NCBI GenBank assembly: GCA_963819655.1
Contig: CAWFXA010000002.1
Span: 1,408,001-1,472,000 of the forward strand
From: an uncultured Chloroflexia bacterium
GTDB taxonomy: Bacteria > Chloroflexota > Limnocylindria > Limnocylindrales > CSP1-4
Reading direction: 5' to 3'
Length of the DNA: 64,000 bases
Below the pieces are notes generated by a model that had not been told where the DNA came from, searched no databases, and saw only the letters and a list, made by a program, of their open reading frames with translations. Below, piece by piece: positions 49,562 to 60,292 of this stretch (position 1 is the stretch's first letter; every line of letters begins with the position of its first letter). Position numbers and translations under genes: made by a program.

Positions 49562-50260
49562 TCAGCGCCCGAACAGCGGGATCCGCGCCCCGGTGATGGC
49601 TGCGGCCCCGTCCGACGCGAGGTAGCGGAACACGTCGGTGATCTCCTGCGGCGTCGTCCAGGACGCCTTCTTCGGGTCGGTCGCCCGCTCGCCGCCCGTA
49701 TCGATGACCTTGACGATCACGAGGTTCACCGTGACGCCCGTATTCGCCGTCTCGCGCGCGAGGGAGCGGAGCAGCGCCTCCTCGGCCGCCTTACCGATGG
49801 CATAGGGCGCCGTCTTCGCGGTCGGCTCCGACGCGGCCGGTGCCGAGACCGCCATGACCCGACCCCAGCCACGCTCGACCATGCCGGGGACGACCGCCTG
49901 GGTCACGTGGAGCGTGGTCCACAGATGCTGGTCGAGCATCCCGGCGACGTCCGCCGGGTCGAGCTCGGCGATCGGCGTGCCTCCGGTGTAGCCGCCCACG
50001 AGGTGGAGGACGATATCGATCCCGCCAAGAGACGCCTCGGCCGCCGCGAGGGCGTCCCGGGTGGCGTCGCGATCGCGGAGGTCGACCACGACCGGCATCC
50101 ATCGGTCCGCAGGGAGCCCCACGTCGGTGGCCGAGCGCTCGGAGCCTGCCTCGTCGGTGCCGGTCAGGGCGAGGCGGGCACCGTCGTCGGCGAAGCTGCG
50201 CGTCACGACGCGCCCGAGACCGCCTGTGGCACCCGTGACGAGCACCACGCGGTCCGTCAT
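49562..50260 (-). CDS. Short-chain dehydrogenase/reductase
   Basis: TGATGGLG Rossmann motif; YAIGK catalytic YxxxK. Confidence 0.9.
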   Translation of the reverse strand: MTDRVVLVTGATGGLGRVVTRSFADDGARLALTGTDEAGSERSATDVGLPADRWMPVVVDLRDRDATRDALAAAEASLGGIDIVLHLVGGYTGGTPIAELDPADVAGMLDQHLWTTLHVTQAVVPGMVERGWGRVMAVSAPAASEPTAKTAPYAIGKAAEEALLRSLARETANTGVTVNLVIVKVIDTGGERATDPKKASWTTPQEITDVFRYLASDGAAAITGARIPLFGR

Positions 50261-50304
50261 GGAAGGACTCACGGATCGAAGTCTGCCACGCTGCCCCGCG
50301 GGGC

Positions 50305-51111
50305 CTAGCTTTGCCGCGCCTCCGCGTCGTCGTCGGTCGGAGAGGCGGACGGTGTCGTCCACGGTGCGATGGCGCGGAACAGGCGGACGGCGCCATTCGC
50401 GATATCGGCCGCCCCAGGCGTCGCAGTCGCCGCGACCACCTCGTCCTCCGGTACCTGTAGCGGATCCACGGCAAGAGCCGGTCGTCCCGCGGCCCCCGGA
50501 TCCATGACCCCGACGCCGGGGTCGGCCGCTGTCGCCGACACCATCTGCGCCGCCGCCACGTCATCGGCGTCCTCGTACGCCGCCACCGCGTTGGCCCGCG
50601 CATCGGCGCGAACCTGGTCGAGTTTCGGCGGCATCGGCACCGACTCGGCGCGGCGCGCGATCTCGGACGGATCGTTCGAGCCGATCAGCTCGTCGATGAA
50701 GCGAGCCAGGCTCGCCGAGTACTCGACCACGGCGGTCTCCACGCCGGCGATCTCGGTCGCGATGATCGCGTGGTGCAGCTCCAGGTATGACGCCAGGTCG
50801 GCGCGGCGCTGCTGCGTTCGGCGCTCGGCCTCTCGGCCGATCCGCTTGATCTCGGTGGCCGACCATGCCTCGATGGCGAGGACGTCCTCGTCGGCCAATC
50901 GGCGCAGCTCGGCGGCCTCGATCACCGCTCGGGCATGTGCTTTCTCGACGTGGTCCTGTGCGTCACCGGCCACCATCTCGGCGATGCGCTCGCGTTCGCG
51001 TGCGGCGGCGCCGTGCATCGCCTGCGCAAGTCCCAAGAGGAAGGATGGGGTCAGTCCCGTGGGCGCATGCCCCTCGTCCGTCCCATCCTCTATAGAAGTC
51101 GTGTGGTCCAT
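50305..51111 (-). CDS. Hypothetical acidic coiled-coil protein, paralogue 2
   Basis: FLLGLAQAMHGAAARERE, PPKLDQVRA, C-terminal AVRLFRAIAPWT. Confidence 0.75.
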   Translation of the reverse strand: MDHTTSIEDGTDEGHAPTGLTPSFLLGLAQAMHGAAARERERIAEMVAGDAQDHVEKAHARAVIEAAELRRLADEDVLAIEAWSATEIKRIGREAERRTQQRRADLASYLELHHAIIATEIAGVETAVVEYSASLARFIDELIGSNDPSEIARRAESVPMPPKLDQVRADARANAVAAYEDADDVAAAQMVSATAADPGVGVMDPGAAGRPALAVDPLQVPEDEVVAATATPGAADIANGAVRLFRAIAPWTTPSASPTDDDAEARQS

Positions 51112-51347
51112 TCGGGCTACCCCCAAGAGGGCCGAACGTACTGCCAGATCTTCCCGATGGCAACACGGCCGAGGACGAATGCGGTGCGCGTCGGAAACGG
51201 CCAGGAAGGGTCAGCGCGGTACCTCGGTGGCCTCGCCGATGGGACCTTCGCGCGACAGACCCGACCGGACCCGCCGCCTACGGTGAGGACCACACCGCAA
51301 CCATCGCCGCCGCCCCAGCGACGGCCGCACGGGACCTCGCCGAGCGC

Positions 51348-52196
51348 ATGTCCGACCGACCTCACCGCTTTCGTCTCCGTCCGCTGGCGCTCGCCCTGGC
51401 AGTGGCGACCGCGTCGCTGGTGGGGCTGGCCAACCCCGGGCCGGCGCTGGGATGGGATTCCGGCTCGTACAGCTCCGCCTCGGAACGTGAGCTCATCGCC
51501 TTGACGAACAGGAGCCGGGCGGCCGCCGGACTGCGCGCCCTGAAGGTCGATAGCGCCCTGACCTCGGTCGCTCGCTGGCGGAGCAAGGACATGATCCAGC
51601 GCGACTATTTCAGCCACGACATCCCTGGCTACGGGAACGTCTTCACGAAGCTCGATTCGAAGGGCTATTGCTATCGAGTCGCGGGCGAGAACATCGGCTG
51701 GAACACCTATCCGGACGGTGACGCCACGGCGGCGATCCACAGCATGTTCATGGACTCCTCGGGCCACCGCAAGAACATCCTCGGACGGTCGTGGGAGGCC
51801 ATCGGCATCGGTGCCTACAAGGGCTCCGACGGGAAGAAGATGTGGACGGTGCTGTTCGCGGACAAGTGTGGATCGACCGCGAAGGCCACCCCCAAGCCGG
51901 CCGCCAGGGCGACACCGAAACCCAAGCCCAAGGCCACTCCGAAGCCCACCCCCAAGCCGACACCGAAACCGACCCCGACGCCGACGCCCACACCGACGCC
52001 GGTCCCGACCCCGCCGCCGGACGGGCTGCATCGGCCGGCCGACGACGGCAACGGCACGGGCCAGGGTGGCGGCACCGGCTCGGCACCGGGACAGGCAACG
52101 ACGGCCACGGGCCTGCGGGTCGTCGCGTCGCCGGGACCCGGCGGCCTGCTCGAAGCGATCGTCGGCGACGTGACCGGCCTCTTCTTCGGCGCCTGA
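51348..52196 (+). CDS. Secreted CAP (SCP) domain protein with Pro-Lys/Pro-Thr repeat tail
   Basis: LTNRSR, DMIQRDYFSH, GENI, SSGHRKNIL; PK/PT repeats. Confidence 0.88.
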   Translation: MSDRPHRFRLRPLALALAVATASLVGLANPGPALGWDSGSYSSASERELIALTNRSRAAAGLRALKVDSALTSVARWRSKDMIQRDYFSHDIPGYGNVFTKLDSKGYCYRVAGENIGWNTYPDGDATAAIHSMFMDSSGHRKNILGRSWEAIGIGAYKGSDGKKMWTVLFADKCGSTAKATPKPAARATPKPKPKATPKPTPKPTPKPTPTPTPTPTPVPTPPPDGLHRPADDGNGTGQGGGTGSAPGQATTATGLRVVASPGPGGLLEAIVGDVTGLFFGA

Positions 52197-52304
52197 TCGA
52201 GGGCGGCTGGTACTAGCGCGATGCGGACCATCGGACGACTGCCCGCGACCACACCGCACCGCTACGGTGCGCTCCGGACCAGGCCACACCCCACCGAGGC
52301 CAGA

Positions 52305-53108
52305 ATGACCGCCCTGCTCACCCGCCTCCTCGATGCGCCCGACAACGGCACACGCGACGGGATCATCCTCGAGGCACGCGACCTGACCAAGGCATACCCG
52401 CTGGGCGAGACCACCGTGCACGCCCTGCGCGGCGTGTCGCTGACCGTGGGTGCGGGCGAGTTCGTCGCGCTCATGGGTCCGTCGGGGAGCGGCAAGAGCA
52501 CGCTCCTCCAGCTGCTGGGCGGTCTCGACCGGCCGTCGAGCGGCGAGGTCGTCCTCGAGGGCGAGATCATCAGCGAGCTGTCCGATGACCGCGCGACCCG
52601 TCTGCGGCGCGACCGGACGGGCTTCGTGTTCCAGTCGTTCAACCTGATCCCGCTGCTGGACGTGACGGAGAACATCGCGTTGCCGTTCACGATCGCCGGG
52701 CTGGATCCGTCACGCGGCGAGATCGCCGGACGGATCCAGGAGGTCATCGCCCTGGTCGACCTGACCGGCAAGGAGCACCACAAGCCCGACCAGCTGTCGG
52801 CTGGCGAGCAGCAGCGCGTGGCCGTCGCCCGGGCCCTCGTGACCCGGCCGGCCTTGCTGTTCGCCGACGAGCCGACGGGCAACCTCGACTACACGACCGG
52901 CACCGAGATCCTCGACGCCCTATGGCGGTCCTGCCAGGAACGCCATCAGACCGTGGTGCTCGTGACGCACGACTCGAAGGCCGCCGCGTACGCCGACCGT
53001 GTGCACGTCGTCGGTGACGGCAAGATCCTCGACACCATCGAGCTCGGCCGGCGTGCCGACCACGACGCGACGGCCCTGATCGCCCGGCTCGCCAGCCTCG
53101 GTCTCTGA
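52305..53108 (+). CDS. ABC transporter ATP-binding protein (LolD/MacB family)
   Basis: [27 protein letters not shown]. Confidence 0.92.
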   Translation: MTALLTRLLDAPDNGTRDGIILEARDLTKAYPLGETTVHALRGVSLTVGAGEFVALMGPSGSGKSTLLQLLGGLDRPSSGEVVLEGEIISELSDDRATRLRRDRTGFVFQSFNLIPLLDVTENIALPFTIAGLDPSRGEIAGRIQEVIALVDLTGKEHHKPDQLSAGEQQRVAVARALVTRPALLFADEPTGNLDYTTGTEILDALWRSCQERHQTVVLVTHDSKAAAYADRVHVVGDGKILDTIELGRRADHDATALIARLASLGL

Positions 53109-53113
53109 GCCGG

Positions 53114-55633
53114 ATGCGCGGTCTCCACGGGCTGGCCTGGCGCGGCCTGCGCGCCCGGCCCCTGCGCACGGCCCTCACGATGATCGGCGTCGCTCTGGGC
53201 GTCGCCGTCCTGTACGCCGGTCTCGCGACGAACGCTGGTATCGGCGCGGCCGTGGATCGGGCTGTCAGTACGCTCGTCGGGCGGGCCGAGCTGCGGGTCG
53301 CCGCGTTCGGCGAGATCGGGCTGTCCGAGGCGACGTTGGCGACCATCCGTGACACGCCGGGCATCGACGTCGCGGCGCCGTCCTTCGAACGCCGGACGTA
53401 TCTCGGCACGGGCCTGTTCGGTCCGGGACCGCTGCCCGCGCCGGTGACGCTCGTCGGCATCGATCCGGCGCTCGAGCCGCGCATCCACGATCTGACGCTG
53501 GCTGCCGGTTCGCAGCTCGAGCGCGGTGACGACCCGTCTGCGCTCGTGTCTGCCACCCTCGCCCGCCAGGACGGGCTGACCGTGGGGTCGCGTGTCGGGC
53601 TGCAAGGCGTCGACGCCCCCGTCTACCTCCGGGTCGCCGGCATCCTCGCAGGAGACGGCCCGTGGGCCGGCGCGACGGGCCGCGCCGTGGTGACCCACCT
53701 GCCGGTCGCGCAGTCCGTGTTCGGTGCTGACGGGCTCACCCGCATCGACCTCGAGCTGACCCCCGGCGCCGACCCGGCGGCCGTCGTGGACGCGCTCGAG
53801 GCGACGCTCCTCGCCGAGCCGTATGTCGTGTCATCGCCGCGCGACCTGGCGACCGCGATGGAGGCGTCGACCGGCGACTTTGCCGCGACGACCGCGCTGA
53901 TCGCCGCGATCGCCCTGTTCGCCGGGGCGTTCCTGATCTTCAACACGCTGTCGATGACGGTGGTCGAGCGGGTCCGCGAGCTCGGACTTCTGCGCGCCGC
54001 AGGCGCGACGCGCAGCCAGTTGACGTCGTACATCCTGCTGCAGGCGTCGGTCATCGGGGTCGTCGGGGCCGGGCTCGGGATCGTCGCCGGTGGGGTGCTG
54101 GCGACGGGCATCGCCGCCTGGATGGGCTCGGTCGGGTCGGTCCCGATCGCCGGTCCCGTCGTCCGCCTGACCGACGCGCTGGCCGCGCTCGTGATCGGTC
54201 TCGGCGTGACGCTCGCTGCAGCGGTCGAGCCGGCTCGACGGGCCGGGCGCGTGCCGCCGGTCGAAGCATTGAAGTCCCGTCTCGATCTGCCGCCGGCACG
54301 ACGTGCCCGACTTCGCTGGTTGATCGCGGTCTTCGCCGTCGTCGGCGTCCTCGGGCTGGCGATCTGGCCGCGAGCGGCCGGCGACGCCGCGCTCCTGCGC
54401 TCGCTCGTCGTCTACGCGGTCCTCCTCGCGGTGACCCTCCTCGTCCCGTTCGTCCTGCCCGTGCTCGCGCGTCTCGCCGGGGCTCCGTTCAGGCTGCTGT
54501 CCCGTCTCGAGGAGCGGCTCGCCCGCGCCTCCGTCCTGCGCGATCGTGCCCGCGCGGCCCTGACGGTCGGTGCGCTGACGGTCGGCCTGGCGATGATCGT
54601 GGCACTCGGCGGGGTCGGGCAGCACGCCCGCGCCGCGGCTGGTGCCTGGATCGCCGACGTCGTCCCCGGCGACCTCATCGTCACCTCGATCTTCCCCCGC
54701 GGCCTCGACGAGGGGCTGGACGCGACGCTCGGGGCGCTCCCGGGCGTCCGGTCCGTCAGCCCCATCGCCACCTTCGATCTCGCCGTGGACGGTCGCCGGG
54801 TGGATGGCGTCGCGATGGTCGGCGCCGATCTGGACGCGGACGGCCGGCTGCACCTGGTCGACGGCGACCGGGCGACGGCTCTCGCCGAGCTCGATCGCGG
54901 GGGCGCGGTCATCGTCCCGTCGGGCGTCGCCGCCCGCGACGGCCTCGAGATCGGATCGCGGATCATCGTCGCGGCAGCCGATGGGTCGGCGATGAGCCTG
55001 CGCGTCGTCGGCGTGGCGGGGCGGACGCTGCCCGGTCGGTCCGGCGAATCGCTGCTGGTCGGCTGGGCCGATGCCGGGCGACTCGGGATCGACGGCGCGG
55101 ACGCGTTCGCCGTGCGCTTCATCGAGGGCGCATCAGCGGTCGATCAGGCGGCGCTCGCTGACGAGGCGCGCACGCTGGCGCTCGACCCCGTGCCGCTCGA
55201 CCGGATCCAGGGTGCGATCGGCGAAGCGCTCGATCGCGTGTTCGGGCTGTTCGACGTGTTGTCGCTGATCGCCGTCATCGTCGCCGCGCTCGGGATCGTC
55301 AATACGCTGACCATGAACGTCCTGGAGCGGGTCCGCGAGATCGGCGTGCTGCGGGCGGCCGGGATGACCCGACGCCAGGTCTGGCGGTCGGTCGTGGTCG
55401 AGGCCGGCATCACCGGGCTCGTCGGGGCGATCTGCGGCGTCGTCGCCGGGTTCGTCGTCGGCGGCCTGATGATCGCCCTGTCCGGTGGCCGTTGGGATCT
55501 TGCGATGGCCGTCCCGTGGATGGCCGTCGTGGCCGCCTTCGTGCTTGGGGTCGTGCTGGCCATGCTGGCCGCGGCATACCCCGCGCGGCTGGCCAGCGGC
55601 ATCTCGATCGTGCGTGCCGTGGGGTACGAATAG
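53114..55633 (+). CDS. FtsX/MacB-like ABC permease (duplicated domain)
   Basis: Two copies of NTL.M.V.ER.RE.G.LRA.G, each after a large extracytoplasmic domain. Confidence 0.9.
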   Translation: MRGLHGLAWRGLRARPLRTALTMIGVALGVAVLYAGLATNAGIGAAVDRAVSTLVGRAELRVAAFGEIGLSEATLATIRDTPGIDVAAPSFERRTYLGTGLFGPGPLPAPVTLVGIDPALEPRIHDLTLAAGSQLERGDDPSALVSATLARQDGLTVGSRVGLQGVDAPVYLRVAGILAGDGPWAGATGRAVVTHLPVAQSVFGADGLTRIDLELTPGADPAAVVDALEATLLAEPYVVSSPRDLATAMEASTGDFAATTALIAAIALFAGAFLIFNTLSMTVVERVRELGLLRAAGATRSQLTSYILLQASVIGVVGAGLGIVAGGVLATGIAAWMGSVGSVPIAGPVVRLTDALAALVIGLGVTLAAAVEPARRAGRVPPVEALKSRLDLPPARRARLRWLIAVFAVVGVLGLAIWPRAAGDAALLRSLVVYAVLLAVTLLVPFVLPVLARLAGAPFRLLSRLEERLARASVLRDRARAALTVGALTVGLAMIVALGGVGQHARAAAGAWIADVVPGDLIVTSIFPRGLDEGLDATLGALPGVRSVSPIATFDLAVDGRRVDGVAMVGADLDADGRLHLVDGDRATALAELDRGGAVIVPSGVAARDGLEIGSRIIVAAADGSAMSLRVVGVAGRTLPGRSGESLLVGWADAGRLGIDGADAFAVRFIEGASAVDQAALADEARTLALDPVPLDRIQGAIGEALDRVFGLFDVLSLIAVIVAALGIVNTLTMNVLERVREIGVLRAAGMTRRQVWRSVVVEAGITGLVGAICGVVAGFVVGGLMIALSGGRWDLAMAVPWMAVVAAFVLGVVLAMLAAAYPARLASGISIVRAVGYE

Positions 55634-55705
55634 AGGCAGGAATCGTGGTGCTAGACTCGTGCCGTCGGTCGCGCCCCCAGCACGACCCCCGTCACGGAGC
55701 CTGGC

Positions 55706-56347
55706 TTGACGATCGCCATCCCGCGCCTCGACCGGAGCACGGCCGAAGAGCGCGGTCTCACCCTGGCGGACTTCCTCGTCCCGATCCGACTCGGCGAACG
55801 CACCCCGACATGGGTCCGCCACCTCCTGCTCGTGTTCGCGGGCACGCTGATCGTGGCCGTGTGCGCGCAGGTCGTCATCCCGACCCAGCCTGTCCCGTTC
55901 ACGCTCCAGAGCTTCGGCGTCCTCACGGTCGGTGCCGCGCTCGGCTTCCGGCGGGGCGCCCTCGCGCTGCTCCTGTACCTTGCGGTGGGGGCGATCGGCC
56001 TTTCGGTCTTCGCCCCCGGTGGGCCGCAGGGTTTCGCCCGGCTGGTCGGTGCGACCGGTGGCTACCTGGTCGGGTTCGTCGTCGCGGCGGCGATCGTCGG
56101 CCGCCTGGCCGAGCTCGGGTGGGACCGCAGGATCGGTGGTTCCCTGGCCGCGATGGCCATCGGCACCGCGGTCATCTACGCGATCGGCGTGCCGTGGCTG
56201 AAGGTCGTCAGCGGTATCTCGTGGGAGGCGGCCGTCGCCGGCGGGATGACCAAGTTCCTCATCTGGGATGCGGCCAAGCTGGCCGTCGCGGCGGGCATCT
56301 TCCCGGTCGCGTGGTGGATCATCGGCCGCCGCCCCGAGGATCGCTGA
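55706..56347 (+). CDS. bioY: Biotin transporter BioY
   Basis: PVPFTLQ, TGGYLVGF, IYAIGVPWL. Confidence 0.9.
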   Translation: MTIAIPRLDRSTAEERGLTLADFLVPIRLGERTPTWVRHLLLVFAGTLIVAVCAQVVIPTQPVPFTLQSFGVLTVGAALGFRRGALALLLYLAVGAIGLSVFAPGGPQGFARLVGATGGYLVGFVVAAAIVGRLAELGWDRRIGGSLAAMAIGTAVIYAIGVPWLKVVSGISWEAAVAGGMTKFLIWDAAKLAVAAGIFPVAWWIIGRRPEDR

Positions 56348-56459
56348 CCGCTTCTTTGAGCGACCGGTAGGAGTCGCGCAGCAGGCCTTCGACTGGCGTC
56401 GAAATCCGTTCCCCAGCGTCCCAATCGTGTCTCCCTCCTTGTCCGGCTATCGTGCGTCC

Positions 56460-57285
56460 GTGGATACGCGGCGCGGCGACCCGGGGATGTTCGGGCCTGA
56501 TTCGGCCGCCTGGGCGCTCGACCGCGAAGCGATGTTGCTTCTCGGCGCAGGCCCGCGTGCGCTGCTGCTCCAGCTCGCTCACCCGGGGGTCGCGGCCGGC
56601 GTGGCCGAGCATTCCGACTTCCGGGCCGATCCGTGGCGCAGGTTGAACGGGACGCTGCGAAGCTACCTGCGGATCATCTATGGCTCGACGCATGCGGCAC
56701 GCGACGAGATCCGCCGCCTCAACACGCTCCATCGCGGGATCCACGGTCCGGGTTACGACGCGCGCGACCCCGCGCTGTCGATGTGGGTGCACGCGACGCT
56801 GGTCGATTCGACGGTTGTCGTCAATGACCGCTGGTCAGGTCCCGTGGCGCGCGATCAGGCGGCGCGGTTCTACGACGAGACGAAGCCGATCGCCCGTGCG
56901 TTCGGGGTCCCCGACGCGATCCTTCCGCCTGACCTCGACGCGTTCGAGGCGTACCTGGCTCTGCAGCTCGGACCCGACGGTCCGGTCCGAGGTCGGGTCG
57001 ATTGCGCGGGAGCTCGCGGAGGCGATCATGCACCCGCCACTCCCCGGGGTGCTGGCACGGATCGGGGTCGACCCGCGCCTTTACGACTGGACGCTCTGGC
57101 CGTCGATCGGCCTGCTGCCGGACTCGATCCGCGGGCAATACGGGTTCGCGTGGGGCCCGTGGGAGAGGGCTGTTTCGAGCTGGCTCGTCACGGCTTGGCG
57201 CACCTGGAACCCGGTGTTGCCGGCTGGCTTCCGCCAGATGCCCCAAGCCCTCGCCGCCGATCGCCGGGTCAACGGCGGGCCCTAG
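56460..57285 (+). CDS. Oxygenase MpaB/DUF2236 family protein, +1 frameshift near 56987
   Basis: FGPDS..W, ALLLQLAHP.VAAGVAEHS.F..DPWRRL, WVHATL; the C-terminus (IGLLPDSIRGQYG) is in another frame. Confidence 0.85.
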
Positions 57286-58680
57286 TAGAAAGCCGGGAAC
57301 CTCGGCCGGAACAGCGTCGACAGGTCCGCCGGTGTCGCGTCGTCGAGCGTCTTGAGCAGCGACTGGGTGTTCGAGATCCGGTAACGCCGATCGGCGACGT
57401 ACTGCTTGAGGGTCGACCAGAACAACGTCGAACCCATCCTCGAGCGCACCTGGTTGAGCAGGTTCCCGCCCTGGATGTAGACGATCTCGTAGTAGCAGCC
57501 GCTGGTGTAGCTGTAGATCGACCGGTCGAGCCGTCCGGTCGCGCAGCGGCTCGCCCGACGCGTCCCGGTCACGTCGCGGGCGACGAAGTCGGCCAGCGCC
57601 TCGTCCGCGAACGGCTGGCGGGCCTGGTCGTTGCCGACCAGTCCGTAGAACCACTGGTGCGCGGTCTCATGAGCGACGAGATAGCGCAGGTTCGCGCTGC
57701 CCACGCCGTACGGGATCCAGGTCATCCCCGGCGATTCCATGCCGTACCCGCCCGCCGATTGGACGACCTTGTAGATGGGGTAGGGATACGGGCCCAGGCG
57801 CGACTGCATCGCCCGGAAGGCGTCCGCCGCGGCATCCACGACCAACGCGCGGTTGGCCGACGAGCGGTAGTAGTAACGCACCTTGGTCGACCCGACCGAG
57901 GACGGTCGCGGTCCGGAAGTCGGGCGCGGCCGTGATCGTGACGTCGCGCACGTTGCGCGCGACGAACCGCTGGGTCCGACCGTCGGACGACACGGACACC
58001 CGGTCGGCGGTCGACGCGACGACGAGCCGGCGATCCGCCCGGAGCGTGACCGCCACGTCGGGGCTGACCGGGGTCACGAACGGGTCGCCGTGGTTCGGCC
58101 GGGTGAACGGTGTGGCACGGCTCACCCACGGGATCCAGCGGTACGCGTCGACGATCCCGTTCACCTTCGTGAACAGCCAGTTCGAGCCCGACAGCGAGCT
58201 CCGCAGCCGCGCGAGGTAGTGCGTGCGAACCTTCACGGTGTCTCCGGCGGCGAGGATGCCCCCGAGCGGCACGACGATCGTCTGATCGCTCACGCGGCGG
58301 GGCACGTTCCGGCCGTCTACCTGCACGACCCGCAGCGACATCCCGCCGAGCCGCGCGGCGATGGTGTTGAGCTCGATCCGGTCGATCGGGCCGCCCGACG
58401 TGTTGGTGATCGTCGCGACGCTGTTGACCATGAACGACCGGCTCGCGTAGTTGAGCGTCAGCCCGACCGAGTACGTGGCACTCAGGTTCAGACTCGTGCG
58501 GTTGACGCTCCCCGGTGTGATCGCGCTGACCGCGGTCCCGGTGGCAGCGGCGTCGATGTCATCGGCCGCCTGGACTGGCAGGCGCTCGCTGCAGGCGAAC
58601 GCCGGCGCGGCGATCCCGAGGACCAGCAGCACGGCGAGCGCGACCGGGGCGGCGATCCGCGACAACGATTGTCGGGGCAT
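57282..58680 (-). CDS. Secreted M1 family aminopeptidase, +1 frameshift near 57900
   Basis: N-terminal half with signal peptide (ORF 57667-58680) joins the catalytic half: GMESP, HETAHQWF...DEALA, YIQG. Confidence 0.82.
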
Positions 58681-58757
58681 CAGGCCCGAATCCTACCCGC
58701 GGCGGTCGATTCAGCGCTCCCGGACCTTGGTCCCGCCGCGCCCTACACTGCGCGGGC

Positions 58758-60147
58758 ATGGCAAGCGGCACCGTCACCGATGCGTTCCTGGACGCTGTCC
58801 GTGCCCGGCTTCCCGACCTCCGGTTGCTCATCGACGAGGCGGATCGCGAGACGTATCGACGCGACGAGACCGCCTATCTGCCGGCCGGCCTGCCGGGCGC
58901 CGTGGCGCTGCCGACCGAGACTGCCCAGGTCGCCACGCTCGTCCGGATCTGTGGCGAATTCGATGTCCCGATCGTCCCGCGCGGTGCCGGCTCGGGGCTG
59001 AGCGGCGGCGCCGCCGGCATCGATGGCGCCCTGACGGTCGCGTTCACCGCGATGGACCGGATCGTCGAGATCGACCCGCCGAACCTGTGCGTGGTCACCC
59101 AGCCGGGCGTCATCAACGCACGGCTGAAGGCCGCGGTCGCCGAGCACGGCCTGTTCTATGCGCCCGATCCGGCGAGCTTCGAGATGTGCTCGATCGGTGG
59201 CAACCTGGGCACGAATGCCGGCGGCCTGTGCTGTGTGAAGTACGGCCAGACGCGCGAGTCCGTGCTCGGGCTCGAGGTCGTCATGGCCGATGGCAGCGTG
59301 ATCCGGACCGGTGGCAAGAACGTCAAGGACGTCGCGGGCTACTCGCTGACCCACCTCATCGTCGGGTCGCAGGGCACGCTCGCACTGGTCACCGAGGCGA
59401 CGCTGCGTCTGCGGCCGGCGCCGCCGCCGCGCGCCACCCTCCTGGCGTTCTTCCCGACGCTCGAAGGGGCCGGGGAAGCCGTCGCCGGGATCGCGGCCGC
59501 CGGGCTGTCGCCGGTGACGCTCGAGCTGATGGACAGGTTCACGATCCGGGCGGTCGACGACATGCACGGGCTCGGGCTCGACCGCGATGCGGCCGCGATG
59601 CTGATGATCGAGTCGGATCTGCCGACGCTCGCGGCTGACGACGAGCTTGCACGGGCCGAGGCCGTCTGCGTCGGGGTCGGGGCGACGTACGACCGTCCGC
59701 TCGCAGACCGTCGCCGAGGCCGACCTCCTGCGGCAGGCACGGCGGGCCGCGCACTGGGCACTCGAGAAGATCGGCGACGTGAAGATGGAGGACGTCGGCG
59801 TGCCTCGCTCGCGGGTGCCGGACATGCTCCGGGCGATCGAGGCGATCGCGGCCAGGCACGACGTGCGCATCGGGACGTTCGGGCACGCCGGAGACGGCAA
59901 TCTCCACCCGGACCTCGTCCTGGAGCGCGGCGACCCACGGGCCGAGGCCATCACGAAAGCGGTCCAGGCCGACCTCTACCAGGCCGCGCTCGACCTGGGC
60001 GGGACGGTGACCGGCGAGCATGGCATCGGCTCCGCGCGACGCGAGTGGCTGGAGCCGCAGCGCGGCGCGGACGCCGTGCGGGTCATGCGCTCGATCAAGA
60101 CCGCGCTCGATCCCCAGGGGCTGCTCAACCCCGGGCGCGTCCTCTAG
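58758..60147 (+). CDS. FAD-linked oxidase (GlcD/D-lactate dehydrogenase family), frameshift near 59688
   Basis: PRGAGSGLSGGA, PDPAS, KYGQT, KDVAGY; C-terminal GHAGDGNLH, GEHGIG, LLNPGRV in another frame. Confidence 0.9.
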
Positions 60148-60292
60148 CCCTCGAGTCATCCGCCGGGCGGCCGGCTGCGCATGACGAGAAGAGCCCGACG
60201 GACCAGTCGCGACGACGTCGAGGCGACCGATGGACCGGGAGCCGTGGAGGAAACCGGTCCCTACTCCCAGAGAAGGAGGGTCGCAACCCACC

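Noticed and set aside
51885-52020. DNA tandem repeats in the CAP gene, and small in-frame duplications at 9715-9777 and 15908-15943
   Set aside because: They encode ordinary Pro/Thr/Lys or Ala-rich linkers and signal n-regions.
55706-56347. BioY without BioMN as a novelty
   Set aside because: Solitary BioY transporters are well documented.
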